Shown here: piece by piece, positions 60,701-64,000 of the stretch
How the letters are laid out: every line of letters starts with the position of its first letter
Numbering within the stretch: the first letter of the stretch is position 1
Virus record (IMG/VR): IMGVR_UViG_3300025070_000019
Span: 32,642-96,641 of that record
DNA: 64,000 nucleotides
Source of the DNA: a virus
Direction: 5' to 3' (one strand)
Notes under the pieces: generated by a model
Database searches by the model: none
What the model was told of the DNA's origin: nothing
The model's input: the letters and a program-made list of their open reading frames with translations, nothing else
Program-made: the position numbers and the translations under genes

Positions 60701-63700
60701 ACTCCAAAAGATTGAACTATAATATTGCAAATTGTATTGTTGTTTCCATATGAAATATCAGTTATTCTTCCAGATATTAATATATCTAATTCGTTTGTGT
60801 TGGAATCATATCCAGCCCTAAGCTGGACATTGATTCCGTGACGAAGCACTACTGAGTCAGCATACTTTCTATATATATTTTTTAAATCTAAGGAATCTTC
60901 ATCTATATCAGCAGGTATATCAGTATCTACTAAATCACCTTTTCTACTACCATCTAAAATACCTGATAAGTTTTGTAATTGTATCTTTGCAGTAGCAGCA
61001 GGTAAATTTCTATTGTTTTCTATTGAAAAACTAATGACAGAATTGTAACTAAAAAAGTCATCATATGCAGTTAAACGATCACTAAAGATACTATCTTCTT
61101 CTACTAAGTATAATCTAAATGTAGGAAAAGCATTTTTTAAACTAGGTACAGTTGTTATACCTTTAGAAGAATCTTTAGATATTTCTACAGGATTGTAATT
61201 TTCTAATTCTAATGGATTGTTTTTAAAAGGTAAATTGTTTAAGTTATTGTTACTTTTTCTTCGTTTATACCCTAGTTTACTTCCAAACATATTTCTAACA
61301 TCTTTAAACTCAGACATTAAAGCTGAATTCATTTTCTTTATATCCTTTAGTTTAGATTCATTGTCTGGATCTTTTGAATCTAAGACGATGTTATTTAATG
61401 TAGTTTTATTATCCTCTTCTAATTTTTTTTCAGTTGTTAAAACTTCTTTACTTAAGATTACATTTCCACTTGGATATTCATAAGTATCAGTTAAAAAGTC
61501 ATTGTCCTCAAACATCTTTTTAAATGTTTCTTTATTTTTTACATTTTTCAAGTTAGAGCTGTATTGATTTCCTAATTTAAATACAGCTCCATTTCTCATT
61601 GCATCCATAAAGTTTTTAGAATTTTTTACAATCTTTTCTGCGTTATTAATTCTTGTATCTATAAACGTATTTAAATTGTTATCGTTCTCGTAATAAGTAT
61701 TAAAATCTTTTATAAAGAACATTGGATGCATACTTGGATTTTCGTTAAAACTACTAAAATCTTCAGGAGATTTTGGTAGTTTTATGTCAGGGTAAGCATT
61801 TGTTTCTAATAATTCAAAAACACTTTTACCATCAAATATAGTTAGTAGCTCTGAACTTTCTTTTTCTAATATGTCTTTATTTAAAATTATAGAATCTTCT
61901 AGTAATGCTTTGGCAATGTTTTTTAAGTAAGCAATTCTTTGATTTTGTAATTGTTTTAATTGATCTTTTCTATCTTTAAAAAATGTAAACTCAAATTCTT
62001 CATTATTTATTTGAGCATCAATCAAATTGTTATTATTAAAATATTCTATGCCTATTTCTGGTTTAACAACATTTTTCCAATCATCAATATAAAAAACTTC
62101 AGTAGCTAAATCTTCATTTTCAAAAAACTCTTCCCTCATAGGAAACATAAACAAATACTGCATATATTCTTCTAATGGTTGTATAAGAAGTCTATCACTT
62201 AAACCATTAAATCTATATTTATCAAAATCTCCACTACTAGTATTTTTAACTATCATTCTTCTTACTGCACTAGATGTTTTTAATCTAGTGCTAAGATCTA
62301 CAAACTTTTTAAATAAAGGTGTATTGTAAATTATTTTTTCACTAAAATTTTGTATACCACTAAATACAGTGTCTGACTGATCTATTTGATTTAAGAAATC
62401 TTTATATAATACTTCATCTTCTCGTTCAATTCTTTCTAAAGCACTTTTCTTTAATTCCTCTAGTATTTCTTTAGAATCCATCTTATCGATAAATTGTAAA
62501 TACTCTCTACAATCTTTTTGAAAGTTTTGACTTTCACTAAAAGCTAATAAAACTCTTTTTAATTGTAAAAGAGCATCATCACTAACTCCTTCAAAAAAGC
62601 CTTCTACTAATGTGCTTACAAAATTAACAGTACCAAATATAGCAAATCCTAGACCTATACCTGAACTTGCTTCAACAAGTATAAGTCCTAAAAGAAAAGC
62701 CAATTCACTTGCAATCATTACATTCTTTTGTTTTTGACTAAAATTAGATTCAGTATCAAATTGACTTGTTTTTAATTGTGAATACATATTTACATACAAA
62801 TGTGAAGTACCTAAAAAATTGCTTTCTAAATAATTGTAATGTAATGGAATTACATCGATATCGAATAATTCAGATATTATTCGATTCATTTCTTCTTTAA
62901 TTGTATCTTGTTCTACTACATCTAAATATAAATGCGGTTCAATTAAAAGTATTGAAGCTAATGCTTGAAAGTTATTTAAAAGATCTTTATTTATTTTACG
63001 TTCTTTTTTATAATTTTCTTTTTTAACTTTTATTATAAGCTTTTGTTGAGTCGTATAAGGGACAATGGCTCCATGACCGACACCTACTCTTTCTTGATCT
63101 GTTTCTATTGTTATATTTTTAAATCTACTTAATTGACCTTTAATTAGATTTAATTGATTTAGATTTCTGTCATAACTTCTTCCACTTAAAGCAGTATAAT
63201 TTGTACTAATAACAATTTGTTTTTCATATAAAGTTAAATCATTGCTAGTCTCTAAATTTACATCTTCAAAATGCAATCTATTATATTTTTCAAAAACAGA
63301 TTTAGTACCTTCTTGATTCTTTAAAAATTCTTTTAATGACTTTGCTTCATTGAAAATATTTTCATTTTCAATTTCATTTAACATAAGACTATTATTTAAG
63401 TTTAAAGTATTACCTGCAGTTATATTATCGTTTGTTTCTTGAAAGTCATTATTTGATGAATCATTCTCTTCGTCGTCTGAAGGACTAGTTGCTATTTGAT
63501 AATCTGATTCAAAACTTTTATATTTTAATTCATCCATATGTTGATTTACATATGAAGTTAAAGAATTTATTTTTGCATTATGCCCATCCCAAAAATCATT
63601 TTTAGCTTGCGAAGCATTTTGATTTGCTTCTGTTCTAAAAGCAGCATTTCCACTAACACCCACCCACCTTCTTTTATTAGTTTTTAAAGAAGTGGCATTT

Positions 63701-63999
63701 CTTTTTGTTGAAGAATTATAATCTTCTATAACTCTTAAATTTAAATCAATATGTAAAAAATAATTTAAATTAGTTTTCATTAAATAATCAGACTTTCTAA
63801 AGTCTGATATTGACATATTGTTAATATTTAATTCATTGTAAGTATTAGTGAAAAAATCTAAAGAATAGTTTCCATAAACACCCATTCCTACCCAAGATAA
63901 AGCATTTGATCTTTCATTTTGATTTAAAGACAATGCACCATAATCTTTAGTTATTTTATTTCTTTTTAAAAGTAATTCAATAAAAGCAGCAAGCTCCAA
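57754..63999 (-). CDS. Giant baseplate hub-like (gp27/GpD-type) protein with hydrophobic insertions; 5' end probably outside the window
   Basis: ATAKIQLQN..VQLRAGY..GRIT..IVQSFG and YQGSLLILGN..D...L.D..HSFD..GFISEI hub-type motifs; frame open to the edge. Confidence 0.6.
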   Translation of the reverse strand: MELAAFIELLLKRNKITKDYGALSLNQNERSNALSWVGMGVYGNYSLDFFTNTYNELNINNMSISDFRKSDYLMKTNLNYFLHIDLNLRVIEDYNSSTKRNATSLKTNKRRWVGVSGNAAFRTEANQNASQAKNDFWDGHNAKINSLTSYVNQHMDELKYKSFESDYQIATSPSDDEENDSSNNDFQETNDNITAGNTLNLNNSLMLNEIENENIFNEAKSLKEFLKNQEGTKSVFEKYNRLHFEDVNLETSNDLTLYEKQIVISTNYTALSGRSYDRNLNQLNLIKGQLSRFKNITIETDQERVGVGHGAIVPYTTQQKLIIKVKKENYKKERKINKDLLNNFQALASILLIEPHLYLDVVEQDTIKEEMNRIISELFDIDVIPLHYNYLESNFLGTSHLYVNMYSQLKTSQFDTESNFSQKQKNVMIASELAFLLGLILVEASSGIGLGFAIFGTVNFVSTLVEGFFEGVSDDALLQLKRVLLAFSESQNFQKDCREYLQFIDKMDSKEILEELKKSALERIEREDEVLYKDFLNQIDQSDTVFSGIQNFSEKIIYNTPLFKKFVDLSTRLKTSSAVRRMIVKNTSSGDFDKYRFNGLSDRLLIQPLEEYMQYLFMFPMREEFFENEDLATEVFYIDDWKNVVKPEIGIEYFNNNNLIDAQINNEEFEFTFFKDRKDQLKQLQNQRIAYLKNIAKALLEDSIILNKDILEKESSELLTIFDGKSVFELLETNAYPDIKLPKSPEDFSSFNENPSMHPMFFIKDFNTYYENDNNLNTFIDTRINNAEKIVKNSKNFMDAMRNGAVFKLGNQYSSNLKNVKNKETFKKMFEDNDFLTDTYEYPSGNVILSKEVLTTEKKLEEDNKTTLNNIVLDSKDPDNESKLKDIKKMNSALMSEFKDVRNMFGSKLGYKRRKSNNNLNNLPFKNNPLELENYNPVEISKDSSKGITTVPSLKNAFPTFRLYLVEEDSIFSDRLTAYDDFFSYNSVISFSIENNRNLPAATAKIQLQNLSGILDGSRKGDLVDTDIPADIDEDSLDLKNIYRKYADSVVLRHGINVQLRAGYDSNTNELDILISGRITDISYGNNNTICNIIVQSFGVELDTKVKGANAFSDNNNHFLTTHHLLSHAIMSPELKHFGRRKVGRKFQTSEAMEPSLDLEDYSNSSYFDLKYTRTFTDVLSDNSVYLFFLLGAIPLGKFGGAVSKKLFNKYIPQALKGPASRLGQSVATFGKSVYDNTAVKAISYVGVKTGQLGYKIGWSGGKTTNTAIKNLIQFRQMSNISPYSNVMNIGLENKTLIQNVANELKRSSILGRIINKYGYGNRIISSSPVTNSFLNKAEKLIVRELGYENASKLGFINQGILSRVGYGWNVFTGGGLTRAFIGQYAYAIPLVGAAAYYGGFIDSLVAAKNFIFDAFETQQKDRFKLTQKLLLSPQDDNIFSPDPKLYMHDSSYPPVLNFLYQFYDATILNYFNISSEDVRKEIYESSFFLSEKRLDINKNENLYKINGQTVWKIFKDMSYRHPGYVFGIRPYGNSMEYRMFFGLPNQRYFSKQVTNNVIDRLNKIEEGILNSSEGLINETTLNILFPIYNKNQTENKRYLFSTLAIDEYLRKTKDRFTPYRQYHYITAENNIISNDIVVSGHDLINSIKVHYQMYTSRDGEGSDLNTIEVSSLYKVSEHNRKEVVLNDPNGNIKGIANAFRWGMGALLERSKKLYQGSLLILGNTKINTNDVIILKDNITNMHGPLEVDYTIHSFDFQTGFISEIGISALVTGNESLTYPTYNAMIEYEARRELFEKFSSYRSFQDSDSDIKDTIRSVVEDTIEKTNRDSAIKLDVEDNLTDIITNSVFDEINYRKQNNLPNFVTDVTPENADAIAALTSGGISRDTASQLIKTSSFIIGAGAMGSSMFTEARYNKFLSKGMVSSLGKGKGAFLFALGSFTVGMLTDFGLDKLDDSYKSGNLGKNYFKKAIFSSMKGGNNVQLYPLVRDGMPLLAGGFEEISDKDIWENVYGNIYNSMSNAVSARVSREKEYDEIGRRVLEISETDDDWSFATEILSSDLTAAIFGDETRRRITGWYLSDK

Positions 64000-64000
64000 A

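Noticed and set aside
284-61483. Short antisense or alternative-frame ORFs in the track (e.g. 284-487, 1794-1988, 6629-6865, 18605-18865, 23937-24212, 33710-33988, 61217-61483)
   Set aside because: Fully nested in well-supported genes, with no RBS or motif; shadow ORFs
1-64000. Stop-codon reassignment, tRNA or rRNA genes
   Set aside because: Long conserved genes read intact in code 11 with TAA, TAG and TGA all used as stops; almost no non-coding space and no cloverleaf noticed

Overview
This is a 64 kb segment of a very AT-rich, gene-dense large (jumbo-type) phage genome, probably a contractile-tailed myovirus; standard code 11 reads cleanly. The left half (+ strand, 1-31457) is a replication/recombination/metabolism region: RecA, a bacterial-type DnaE polymerase, metallophosphoesterase, Cas4-like exonuclease, IMPDH/GMPR, PfkB/HldE-like kinase, DnaG-DnaB primase-helicase fusion, cupin, ClpP-like protein and a Holliday junction resolvase. 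The right half (- strand, 31454-64000) is a virion morphogenesis operon (hub, gp25-like, baseplate J, wedge and fibre proteins) with a GT9 heptosyltransferase and a HAD phosphatase near its distal end. The stand-out feature is that DnaE is encoded in THREE pieces. Pieces 2 and 3 carry the N- and C-halves of a cyanobacterial-type (Npu/Ssp-like) split DnaE intein. They are separated by a 13.5 kb island of about 12 fibre/decoration genes rather than by a homing endonuclease. Pieces 1 and 2 are broken, with no intein, in the middle of the polymerase active-site region. A 12/13-nt direct repeat sits at the two break points, and joining there would restore the canonical FERFLNxxRxxxPDIDID spacing. 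All assignments are from motif recognition by eye; no database searches were run.
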